Shown: piece by piece, positions 45,944 to 56,591 of the stretch
Layout of the letters: every line of letters starts with the position of its first letter
How positions within the stretch are numbered: the stretch's first letter is position 1
Assembly: GCA_965240325.2 (NCBI GenBank)
Contig: OZ251223.1
Location: forward strand, 620,001-684,000
Direction: 5' to 3'
Length of the DNA stretch: 64,000 bases
DNA from: Rebecca billardiae RCC1528
Taxonomy: Eukaryota; Protista; Haptophyta
Notes under the pieces: model-generated
Database searches by the model: none
Told to the model about the DNA's origin: nothing
The model's input: only the letters and a program-made list of their open reading frames with translations
Position numbers and translations under genes: made by a program

Positions 45944-46543
45944 TCAAGGCGAGAGTGGCGGCGGACACGGGCGCGGCGGCGGTCATCACCGGCGGTGAAC
46001 CTAGATACTCGTCGCTGATGAGCAATCCTCCGCCTAATCATAATATCAGTGAATAGAATTAAATTATATTATTAATTATTATTAGGTGCCGTGCGCTGAG
46101 GCCGTGAGCTCGGCCAAGCAGCGGGCATCCGGCACGCCCCGCCGCCGCCCCCGGTGCCGCTCAGGACTCAGGCGAGTAGCACTCTTGCGAGCACTCATCA
46201 TTGGACAGCAGTCGTCCGACGGCCCGCGGGTGCGGCGGCCTGCGCGGCGGCCCCGGGACGGGTAACGTCGACGCGGGCGGACAAGCCTACGGGACAAGCC
46301 CGGGACTCCGCCGGACAGTCCGCCCGGACGAGGCACGGAGGGCCGGCTCTGCGGGCGGTCCTGCCCGCTGGCTCAGCGAGCAGAGGCGAGACTACCGGCG
46401 GCCGACACCTACTATCTTAATATTTGTTGTATTAAAAACGGACGAGTCGTGACTCGTCATCGGCTCGTGTCGTCACGCTGAGAGTTTGAGACCTGACGGA
46501 GGTCGTCGCTGAGTGCCCTCGGAGCAGAACAGCCGCTGCTCTA

Positions 46544-47857
46544 TCAGCACCGAGGCACGAGCAATGCCGCGACGAGAGCGAGCGCACCGACGAAGACGAA
46601 AGGGAGGTTGCCATTTGCCAATACTCCACCATTTGCCGTCGCGATCGAGCGCTTGAACAGCGTGCTGCACATGAGTGGGCTCACGACACGGCCGAGCGCC
46701 TGCGCTGACTGCATGATCCCCTGCGCCCGCCCCTGCTCGTCCAGCCTGCATCGCACACTGACGATCGAGCCCTCTGCGCCGTCGGCGAGCTGGTAGGCGA
46801 GCGCGTGCACCACGAAGCCCACCAGGTGCGCTGTGCGCGTGGGGGATAGAGCGATCAGGAACATGGCACCACCAAGCGCGACGAGCGCGCCACGTGCTGT
46901 GCGGCGGAGGCCCAGCCGCGGCACAAGCGCCGCAAGGAGAGGGTGGACGCAGGCCGCGCAAAGCGCGGAGGTACACGCGTGCAGAAGTCCCAGCCCGCGA
47001 GGGCCGATCCCGTACCGCCTCGCTGCGAGCAGCGGATACGTCGCAAAGCCAGCGGTGCAGGCCACCGATGCCAGGAAGGAGCAGCAGCTGAGCAGCGGCA
47101 GCAGCAGTGGCTGTTTCGTCGTGTCCGGATGCGCAGCTGCCGGCGTCCGTCGACGCCAGCCGCGGGCGCGGCGCGGGGTCATTGGGAGCTGGCGCGGGAC
47201 AGGCACGAGCGCAGCGGCTATCACCAGGGCGGCGATGGCGTTCAGTCCCGCCCCTGCACCCAAGGCCAGCACGATGTCGCCGCTCGCACCCAGCGTGGCC
47301 GCCAGGAGCGGCCCGAGGCACATGCCTGCGCTCGACGCACCAACGAGCTGTGCCATGGTGTCCGCGCGCGCTTCAATCGCGCAATGCTCGACAGCTGCCA
47401 TGCGTGCCACACCGATCAGACCGGCGAAGGCACCGCTCAGCGCCCTGGCCCGAATGAGACGGGTCGGGCTGCTTGCAAGCGCAGTGGCGACGAGCGCAGC
47501 AGAGGTACCGGAGCAGGCCGCCACAAGCACGTACTTTGGTCCAAAGCAATCGGCGCTGAGACCCATTAGGTACCCACTGATCACTTGCGCGACCGAGTAC
47601 CAGGTCACGGCGTGCGCGTAATCGGCCGGGTCTCCACCGACCTCAGCGAAGCGGTGCGGTACCATCGCCCGGCATGCGCTCACGGAGACCATGAACGCGA
47701 GGGCGGAGAGATCGATGCATTTCTGCTGGGCCGAGTCACTCACGAGAACACGCCGCTTTGATGTGAGCGACGGCGCGCGCCCAGCGCATGGCGTGGCCAC
47801 AAATACGGACAGCACCGCCACGACCGCGCAGAGTAGACGACGCCTTCGCGTCGGCAT
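46544..47857 (-). CDS. Major facilitator superfamily transporter (TetA/DHA1-like)
   Basis: Motif A-like GLSADCFGPK, RALSG, EQGRAQG; many TM helices. Confidence 0.85.
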   Translation of the reverse strand: MPTRRRRLLCAVVAVLSVFVATPCAGRAPSLTSKRRVLVSDSAQQKCIDLSALAFMVSVSACRAMVPHRFAEVGGDPADYAHAVTWYSVAQVISGYLMGLSADCFGPKYVLVAACSGTSAALVATALASSPTRLIRARALSGAFAGLIGVARMAAVEHCAIEARADTMAQLVGASSAGMCLGPLLAATLGASGDIVLALGAGAGLNAIAALVIAAALVPVPRQLPMTPRRARGWRRRTPAAAHPDTTKQPLLLPLLSCCSFLASVACTAGFATYPLLAARRYGIGPRGLGLLHACTSALCAACVHPLLAALVPRLGLRRTARGALVALGGAMFLIALSPTRTAHLVGFVVHALAYQLADGAEGSIVSVRCRLDEQGRAQGIMQSAQALGRVVSPLMCSTLFKRSIATANGGVLANGNLPFVFVGALALVAALLVPRC

Positions 47858-48075
47858 TTCCCGCCACTCGGCTCCCGAAGGACTCTGGTGCAGTATTGTA
47901 CGACTCGAGAGACCAAAGCTCAGGCTCTCGCTCAGATTCTTCGGTGCAGTCCGGAGCGGTGATCGAGCTCGCGTCCGGAACGGTTGCGCCAAGAGGAACT
48001 CGCGCCGCTCCGCGGCCGCTGCGGAATCCAGGACCGCTGAGGCTCACCTCCGAGCTGCGCGCGCGAGTGCGCGAG

Positions 48076-50370
48076 ATGCTGCTGGAGCACGACACGAAAG
48101 AGCCGCTCACCAGCGGCGGCAAGACCCCGATCCCCGCATGGCAGAACCGCGCGCTCGCGATCGGCGGCACCATCGCAGTGGTCATGCTGCCGGCCGTGCT
48201 CATGGTCGAAGTGCCACGACACACGGCGGACAAGAGGCTCCCTTTCTACCTGTCGCTCGGCGCGATGCTGCTTCTCGGCTGGATCGCTGGGCGCGCCGCG
48301 GACTTCCTCTTCGGCCTGCCGCCGCTGCTCGGGTACATGGCCTTTGGCTTCGCCTTCCGACAGGTCGAAGCGGACGCCATGGTCGCCGCGCGGCCGTACG
48401 TGCTTGCGCTCTCGTTCGTGCTCGTGCTCGTGCGGGCCGGGCTCGAGGTGCGGCCGCAGGACGTGAACGCCGTCTCGCTTGCGCTGGGCCTCCTCCCGTA
48501 CGCCGCGGACCTGGCGGCCACCGCCGCGTGTGCCGCCTCCATCTTTGGCCTCCGCTCGACCGTCGCGGTCACGTTCGGTGCCGTCATGAGCGCGCTGGGC
48601 GATGGCATCGTCATTCCGCGGATGGCCGACCTGTGCGCGCGCGCGGAGTCGGCCGAGCTCGCCGCGCTTCCGAGGGCGGTGCTGACGGCTGCGCCCATCG
48701 AGTGCACCGTCGCGCTCTTCACGTACGGCACTCTGGCCGAGCTGCTCACCGCGCAGAAGCGCGCCGCCGACGCGCTCGCGCACGCGGCCGCGACAGGCGC
48801 CACCATGGGCACGGCCGATCTGCACCAGCCGCCCGTGGCGATGCAGGCCGTGCTCGTCATGCTGCGGCTGATCGGCACGCTGCTCGTGGCCGCGATGCTC
48901 GCGCACGTCTTCGCCCTCCTCCTCGGCGCGCGCCGGCGCATCATGTGGGCCTCGGGTAAGCGGCTGTTTGCGTGCACGCCCACGGAGGAGCTTGTGGTGG
49001 TCCTGGCCGGTGCGATGCTGGCGTACGGCGCGGCGGCGCTCGTGCCGATGCCGGGGGCCACCGAGCCCGCGCGCGTGCAGGCGGGCGCATCGCGCGTGGC
49101 CTCCTCGGGACGGCTGGTCGAGGCGGACCTCGCCGTCGTCGCCACCGCCTTCTTCTTTGCGCGGCTGCGGCCGGCGCACACGGTCGCGCGGGTCGAGGCG
49201 AGCGTCGGCTCGGTGTGGTCGGTGGCAGCGCTCTGCCTCTTCGTCAGCCTGGGCTCAGCACTCGAGCTCCCGGAGCTCGCGCCCGACCTGGGCTTCGCCG
49301 GCTCCGCGCTCGCTCTCGTCGCACCGCTGGGTGCGGGCTTGTGCGCGCGCTTCCTGTGCTACCTCTGCCTGCTGCGCGCGACGGCGCGGGCGCGGCGCAC
49401 GCCGCCGACCATGCGCAACGCCGCCCTCGAGGCCTCGTTCTGCTCCGCGGCCACGCTGCCCCGCGCGACGGTGCAGGGCGTGCTCGGCGCGCTGCCACTG
49501 CACGCCGCGATCGTGAGCGACGCCGAGGGCCAGCTCATCCGCGCGGCCGCCGCTGGGACCGTCCTGCTGCTCGCGCCGCTCGGCGTCGTTGTGCAGGAGG
49601 CGTGGTGCGAGCGCGCGCTCGAGGTCGCCACACCGCCGAGCCCGCCACCGCCAGGGGCGCGCGAGCACCTCGACGAGCTCGACGCAGGCGAGGCGTCGGG
49701 CTCGTCGGGCGCCTTCTCGGGCCTCGTCTCGGCCCTCCGGCTCGCGCTCGCGCCGCACTGGCTGGCCGACCGCGAGGTCTCCGCCGAGCACATGGCATCG
49801 GCCGACGGCGAGCTGGACGTGTCCGAGGCGGAGGCGGTGGCGGTGGCCGCCGCGGCCGCCGCCATGTCCGCGGCCAGCGCCACAGACGGCGCTGCCTCCG
49901 CGACGCGCCGCTCGGGCACGCTCAGCTGGGCGTGGGATCGGCTGGACCTCGAGCGCATCGCGCTCCTGCACACGGACGGGCCACAGCTCCCCTCTGCTGG
50001 TGCTGCTCTCACCAGGCTGCGCTTGACGCCACGGGGCCGCGGCGACGGTCGGGGCTTTGGCGCCTCCGCCGAGGCTGGCAGTGGTGGCGCTGGTGTGCCT
50101 GCACGCCGCATGTCGGCCGACGCGGCGGGGCTATTGCTCGCGGCATTCCGTGCGACGGCGGCGGAGGCCATGGCTGATGAGCTGGAAGCGGCGGGCGCTG
50201 GAGAGCTCGACGGTGCCGCCTTTCGTCGTCGCCGGACGCCGGGTCGGGCACAGGCTCAGGCTGACAGCGCGCCGTCGACGATGGCGATGCAGAGGCGGTC
50301 GGTGTCGATGGGGCAAATGGAGGTCCCAGAGAGCACTGCCAGGCAGAACTGGTGGCGGCTGCGCGGCTGA
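48076..50370 (+). CDS. Cation/H+ antiporter, NHA/SLC9B-like
   Basis: PPLLGYM, VLVRAGLE, GIVIPRM, LFVSLG, PRATVQGVLG; multiple TM helices. Confidence 0.8.
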   Translation: MLLEHDTKEPLTSGGKTPIPAWQNRALAIGGTIAVVMLPAVLMVEVPRHTADKRLPFYLSLGAMLLLGWIAGRAADFLFGLPPLLGYMAFGFAFRQVEADAMVAARPYVLALSFVLVLVRAGLEVRPQDVNAVSLALGLLPYAADLAATAACAASIFGLRSTVAVTFGAVMSALGDGIVIPRMADLCARAESAELAALPRAVLTAAPIECTVALFTYGTLAELLTAQKRAADALAHAAATGATMGTADLHQPPVAMQAVLVMLRLIGTLLVAAMLAHVFALLLGARRRIMWASGKRLFACTPTEELVVVLAGAMLAYGAAALVPMPGATEPARVQAGASRVASSGRLVEADLAVVATAFFFARLRPAHTVARVEASVGSVWSVAALCLFVSLGSALELPELAPDLGFAGSALALVAPLGAGLCARFLCYLCLLRATARARRTPPTMRNAALEASFCSAATLPRATVQGVLGALPLHAAIVSDAEGQLIRAAAAGTVLLLAPLGVVVQEAWCERALEVATPPSPPPPGAREHLDELDAGEASGSSGAFSGLVSALRLALAPHWLADREVSAEHMASADGELDVSEAEAVAVAAAAAAMSAASATDGAASATRRSGTLSWAWDRLDLERIALLHTDGPQLPSAGAALTRLRLTPRGRGDGRGFGASAEAGSGGAGVPARRMSADAAGLLLAAFRATAAEAMADELEAAGAGELDGAAFRRRRTPGRAQAQADSAPSTMAMQRRSVSMGQMEVPESTARQNWWRLRG

Positions 50371-51283
50371 TGATGATGAATTACGAGCGACGCGATATAC
50401 AACGACGCGACGCGGATGAGTAGTCCGCCTCTGAGGTCGCGCGCGTCGTCGTGACTAATCTAGACGTCTCGTCGTTGCTGCAGCCCCGACCCCGTCAGCG
50501 CGCCATCATGCGCATCAATATGACTATACAGCGCAATAGGCGGTATACAGCAGTAGTATAACTCAGTACTCACTCCGACACTCGCCGCCCCGACGGCGGT
50601 GGTGACCGCACAGATGATGTTCCCCCCGCCCCGATTTAATCCCCCCACACTGTGCGGGGGCTCACTAGTCACTGGCCAGCCCTGCTCACTGGAGTCTGGG
50701 GACGAGTGGCCGATGATGCTAAACGGCCATATGAAGACGCCCGCACTCCGCAGGTGCAGGTGGCCGACTGGCCGCCGCCGCATCGGCACACGCCTCAGCC
50801 CCAGAGCCCAGAGCGAGCTTGCCAGCGTGGCCCCGCCATGCACCACCCAGGCAGCCGAAGCCAACAGGGTGGGAGGGCAGGGTGAAAACCGCGACGCAGG
50901 CGGTCTCACCAGGGGGAGAGCTTGCTCGCCAGCCGGCGGGCGCGTCGTCCGACTGACAGCCCGCTGTAGGCCTGCTCGTCGCTCGTCACTCTCGTGCTCT
51001 GTGCACCGCAACTTCGGGTCGGGGCCAGATGGAACCGAATTAAAGACCGAATTACTCAGCCGTACACGACAGAGCTCCGCCGCTCTGCGAATGATCGAGA
51101 AGCAGCTTGGCGGCCGGGCGAGGCTAGGAGTCAGGGAGCCAGGGCTGCGGGCTGGGTGCGCACCAGCCCGGGATGAGGAGGTCCTTCGCGGGGCGGTGAG
51201 TTATACCCCCATAAACAGAGGCATTTATAGGGCAATATATAGACGTCCGAGACGGGCCCGGCAGTAATCACTACTAGCGAGAG

Positions 51284-51285
<2 letters not shown>

Positions 51286-51375
<90 letters not shown>
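51286..51375. repeat. Perfect (GA)~45 microsatellite
   Basis: Directly visible. Confidence 0.98.
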
Positions 51376-51377
<2 letters not shown>

Positions 51378-51400
51378 CAGTATCATAGCTAGTAGTTTTA

Positions 51401-53071
51401 TGGCCCGCGGTGCAGGGCGGAGCGCGCAGCGTGGAGCCCGCACCAGCGGGCCCGAACAACGTTTCAAAAAGATCTTTGATCAAGAAAAAAGGGACGGGGG
51501 ACGATTTTCATGGCTGGAGGAGACCGAGTTTCGAATTTTGAGACCCTCTCTACCGATGCATCACGGCCGAAAAAGGTCGCGCCCACGGCAAGTTCATAGT
51601 AAAGCGTGGAGTGACGCCCGTCCAAAAAACTTCACGCCCTTTAGGATCCCTAACGTAACGAACCGTTACAAGCGATTTTTCCGGCCAATGAGATTGCAGC
51701 AAGGTCCAAGGAGCGATGACGTATCTAGATAGAGATTGCCGCGAACCGATGAGTGACCATGTACGTCCCTTGAATCAGTTGAATCAACTATTCAATCGCG
51801 CCGTGTCTGTATCAGGAGCCGACGAGGCAAGGGTCAGTAGCCGATGGGCCAACCTCGGCGAATCTCAATACTATCTGACGCGAACGGACTTGGTTGGGCG
51901 CGCGCGTGGCCCCGGGCGGCGGCCCACCAGAGGCGGCCCGCGTTTGGAGGCGAGCCACGGGCACGAGGCTCACGAGCGACCGACGCGGGTGAGGACGGCG
52001 ATGGGCAGGTGCGCGCGGCGAATGGCGCCTGGAGCGCGCGGCTGCGGCGGGTCCCGACTGCCGTCGACATCGCGTTCGTCGTGCCCCCGCTCACTCCGCG
52101 CGCCCCCGCCGCCCCTGCCGCCCTGTCGATGCCTCGGCGCGGCCTTGCGCGGCCCCGGCGCGTCCGCGAGCCGGCGCCGCAGCCGCCGCCCTGTGTTCGG
52201 GCTCTCGCAAGCTCGGGGGCAGCGGCGCCTGATGCCGGACTGATCGATCTCTGAGCCTTCGACTTCACCACGCGCCGCCCTTGCCATGCCTTTCCGGGGT
52301 CTCCCAGAACTCTTCTTGATTGAGAGAGAGCAGGCGCGCCGACGATCCGAGTCCATCGTCGGTCGACTCTGAGCGAGGGCTACGCCTCGGAACTGAACGG
52401 TACTCTACGAGGAGGACGAGCTGCGCGGGCGACGGTGGTGCGTGACGTCCCCAGAGCTGGCCGTGCCTCTGCAACGCGTGCCGAGCCTGATCGAGGTGTG
52501 TCAGCTGCCCGTGCACGCGCGGCGAGTGCGCGAACCGGATCACCGGTGCCCTCGCACCTCGGCACCGTGCTCCCTCGGGCTGTCAGCTCCGCGTGGCCTG
52601 GCGTGCACGTAGAGTTGCGCTCATGCGTCGATCACGCCTCGCGCCCGCCTGTCGGCCGTCGCGCAGGCGCTGGTCGAACCCTACTCGGACCCTACTCCTC
52701 CAGCCCTACTCCCGGGCGCTGCCGGCGCGGGGGGTGACCCCGGGGACAGCGGTCAGCAGCAGCGGCCCGAACGAATCCGCGGCCCCGCACCGTGCTCCCT
52801 GGCTGTCAGCTCCGCGTGGCCTGGTGTGCACGTGGAGTCGCGCTCATGCGTCGATCACGCCTCGTCGCATCCGCCTGTACACAATCGGCGCCGCGCCGGC
52901 GGCTGCAATGGGCCCGCCCGGCGCGGCGGGCGGCGGCGCGCCGCTGATGGAGTCTAGTTGTACGGGCATATGCAACTGGTCTGTCAATAGACGACTGCGA
53001 CGGAGGGTGCACCGCCACCGCGGGCCCTGAACTACGTTCGTTCTACGGAAAAAGGACCGCGGAACGCGGTC
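51401..53071 (+). mobile_element. Helentron/Helitron2-like non-autonomous unit 1
   Basis: 5' TGGCCCGCGGTG; 3' subterminal CACCGCGGGCC (53016) and terminal hairpin 53055-53071. Confidence 0.65.
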
Positions 53072-53098
53072 ATATATAGTTTAAATAAATAATAATGA

Positions 53099-55263
53099 TG
53101 GCCCGCGGTGCAGGGCGGAGCGCGCGAACCACGTTTCAAAAAGATCTTTGATCAAGAAAAAAGGGACGGGGGGCGAAAAAAAGGGACGGGGGCGATTTTG
53201 GCCCGCGGTGCAGGGCGGAGCGCGCAGCGTGGAGCCCGCACCAGCGGGCCCGAACCACGTTTCAAAAAGATCTTTGATCAAGAAAAAAGGGACGGGGGGC
53301 GATTTTTAGGGCTGGCGGAGACCGAGTTTCGAGTTTTTGAGATCGCATAGAGAGGTCTATTAGGCCGAAAAAACCGCGCCCAGCTGATTCCCTTAAGTAA
53401 AGTGCGATCTGGACGTCAGCTGGACGTGACATTAGTGTAACGGTTCGTTACGAGCGCGATTTTAAGTATGAGATTGCCGCCAACCGCCAACCGATAAAAA
53501 CGGCCAGGCAAGGGATCGGGAAACTTGATCACCTCCAACTGTGAATAGTAAAATGCTCTCCCCGAGCGCGCCTGTCGCCTCGATCGGGAAACTTGATCAC
53601 CTCCAACTGTGAATAGTAAAATGCTCTCCCCGAGCGCGCCTGTCGCCTCGCAGGCCGCGCGTCTCGCCCTCTCTCCGCTCTCCCCGAGGCTGAGCTCGCG
53701 GCCCGCCTGTCACCTCGCAGGCGCGCGCCACGGACACATGCGCGACGAGATCGCGGCGGGGGCGGCGAGATCGCGGCGGGGGCGACGGGCAACAACCTGC
53801 CCGCGGGCGCGTTCGTCACTCGAGGAGCAGCGCGCAAGGGCGAGCCGAGTCCGGAGCACGCGAGCTCGTCGCTCGCCGACCAGAGCAGTCAGCAGAGCGC
53901 GCCGCCCGCCGCCGCCGAGCGAGCGGCGCGGCAGAGCTGATGAGCCGGATGCGCCCGGAGCTCGCGCGGCTGAAGGGCGAGCTCGAGCACGCGAGCTCGC
54001 GCCTCGACGCCGAGCCCGAGCTCCTCCTCAACTCGGTCGACGGCGGCGCGGAGGTCCGGCAGCAGCGTGAGGACTCACAGACAGTGTGAGTGAGCCGCGC
54101 GCAGCTCAGCCTGCCGCTGGCAGCCGCCGTCTTCGAGGCCGACGCGGCGGAGGAGGCGGCGGGCGACGAGATCGCGGCGGGGGCGGCGAGATCGCGGCGG
54201 GGGCGACGGGCAACAACCTGCCCGCGGGCGCGTTCGTCACTCGAGGAGCAGCGCGCAAGGGCGAGCCGAGTCCGGAGCACGCGAGCTCGTCGCTCGCCGA
54301 CCGGAGCAGAGCGCGCCGCCCGCCGCCGCCGAGCGAGCGGCGCGGCAGAGCTGATGAGCCGGATGCGCCCGGAGCTCGCGCGGCTGAAGGGCGAGCTCGA
54401 GCACGCGAGCTCGCGCCTCGACGCCGAGCGCGAGCTCCTCCTCAACTCGGTCGACGGCGGCGCGGAGGTCCGGCAGCAGCGTGAGGACTCACAGACAGTG
54501 TGAGTGAGCCGCGCGCAGCTCAGCCTGCCGCTGGCAGCCGCCGTCTTCGAGGCCGACGCGGCGGAGGAGGCGGCGGGCGAGCACGGCGGCGCGGTAGAGC
54601 AGGCGCGCACGCGCGGCGGCAGGCGCGACGCGCCGCTCGCCTCGTTCCACCGCCCCGAGCTCCGCTCGGTCGGTCTCGGTGCGCGGCTGCGCAGCCGGCA
54701 GGCCGGCGGGCCAGCAGTCTGCAGTGGCGCGCGCTCTCGCTCTGCCGGCACGAGGCGTGCCGGCTGAGCGACCAGCGGCCCGTCGTCGAGCGCATGGCGC
54801 AGGGCGAGTACCTCAAGCAGGTGCGCCCGCTCGCGCGCACGCGCCGGCTCGCGACCAGCGGCCCTTCGTCGAGCGCATGGCGCAGCGCGAGCACCTTGCA
54901 AGCTGAAGCAGGTGCGCCCGCACGCGCGCACGCGCCGGCCCGGCGCCGCGCGGCGCCTCTCGCCCTCTCGCCCTGTGCGCGCCGCCGCCCCGCTTCCCCG
55001 CGCGGCCCGTCCGCGCCTCTCGCCCTGCGAGCGCGCCGCCCCGCTTCCCCGCGCGGCCCGTCCGCTGGTGTCCCATGCCACCCTCGGCCGCGCGCGCCCG
55101 CATACTCGCGCCGAGTCCGAGACTCGGTCTCGGGTCTGACTCTCCCTCTCAGAGTGGCTGAACTGTCTTTCTGACTCGGACTGACTGACTCGTCAGTCTC
55201 AACCACTGCGCCGCGGGCCCCCAACTGCGTTGGTTCTACGGAAAAGGACCGCGGAACGCGGTC
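53099..55263 (+). mobile_element. Helentron-like unit 2, with duplicated 5' end and captured gene fragment
   Basis: 5' end twice (53099, 53199); hairpin 55247-55263; internal tandem duplications. Confidence 0.65.
53742..54580 (+). repeat. ~420-bp tandem duplication of a coding-like fragment
   Basis: 53742-54162 vs 54163-54580 near-identical. Confidence 0.9.
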
Positions 55264-55281
55264 ATTAGTTACTCACTAAAG

Positions 55282-56434
55282 TTAGGGCTGGCGGAGACCG
55301 AGTTTCGAGTTTTTGAGATCGCATAGAGAGGTCTATTAGGCCGAAAAACACCGCGTCCACGATATTCCCTAAGTAAAGTGCGATCTGGACGTCCGAGCCG
55401 GACGTGACTTTAGCGTAACGGTTCGTTACGAGCGAATCGTATTCGTCGTCCCGGATCGCGTGACGTCCGGACTGGGCCACATCCGGATCGTCGGAGGTGA
55501 CGTGCCCCGGCACGATGGCGGATGCCGGGACGGCGCCTGCACGTGCCTCCGGACCCGCCTCCCGCTTGCTGCTCACGCAGTCAGCTGCGACCGTGGCGCA
55601 TGATCGCAGAAGCAGTGCCGGCAGTACGGCCTGCATCAGCTAGTCATAGTGCCGCGCCGTCGTGGCGCGCGCGGTACGGTTGCGCGTTTGCAGCGCTCGC
55701 CGCTCGGCGACGGCACGCGCGTGCGGCTCAGGTGTGTCAAATGCGGTCTCGTCGGCGCGCTTTCGCCTGCCACCTCGTGCACCCGTGCCGCCAGTTTCAT
55801 CGTCTTCATGAGGACTGCTGCTGCTGTCGCCATCCGCTCTCCATCACCCCGAGTCGCGCGGCGCGCGCGGTAGGCACTAGGCAGGGCGTACGGTCACTCA
55901 CCCGTGCAACGGGTCAAGTGGCCAGAGTACGTCTGGTCGTTGGCTGGCACGGGCCGCAGCGCTAAAGCACCCTGCTGTCACACCCGACTCCTTCAGTACT
56001 CCGAGCTCCGCGGCACGACTCACTCGGCACGATCGCGGACGGGTCGGATCCGAGCTGATCAGCAGCCAGAGGCAGAGTTGGACACAGTTTGGCAGCTACT
56101 AGTAGTAATTCCGATGCCGATGGCACGATCGCGGACGGGTCGGATCCGAGCTGATCAGCCAGTTGGACATTTGGCAGCTAGTTGTCAGACGGACGTCCGA
56201 TTTGACGACCGGTGCCGGGTGCGGTCTCAGGTCCGCTGCTGTGATTGTGTGAAGTGTGAATGAATGAGTCTCGCAGTCGCGCAGGCAGGGCGACGGTCGG
56301 ACTAATAGCTTCAGTCATCTCAGAACCGACTTCAACTGGCGAACTGCCACTACGGCGGAGAGCCGCGATTGCACGGCCACCGCGGGCCCCCAACTGCGTT
56401 GATTCTATGCAGAAAAGGACCGCGGAACGCGGTC
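55282..56434 (+). mobile_element. Helentron-like unit 3 (5'-truncated)
   Basis: 55282-55432 matches ~53306-53455; subTIR at 56378 and hairpin 56418-56434. Confidence 0.6.
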
Positions 56435-56591
56435 ATAACTAATTCTCGCGCGTACGGTGTAGTTTCATGAGTCTATGGCAGTACTCTGACGATTTCGGAG
56501 TCGATTCGAGTCGTACTACTATATACTCCGTCGCGCTGCTGCTGGGTATTTGAGCAGCATCAGAGTCGTTTGCTGCCGCTGCCACCGGCAC

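Noticed and set aside
8420-50370. Other TGA-terminated genes as selenoproteins (8422, 16231, 19225, 21261, 26404, 30417, 34339, 50370)
   Set aside because: No SECIS-like hairpin seen by eye downstream, and no convincing in-frame continuation
51401-56434. CRISPR array or Rho-independent terminators from the recurring hairpin
   Set aside because: Eukaryotic context, kb-scale irregular spacing, no cas genes and no U-tract
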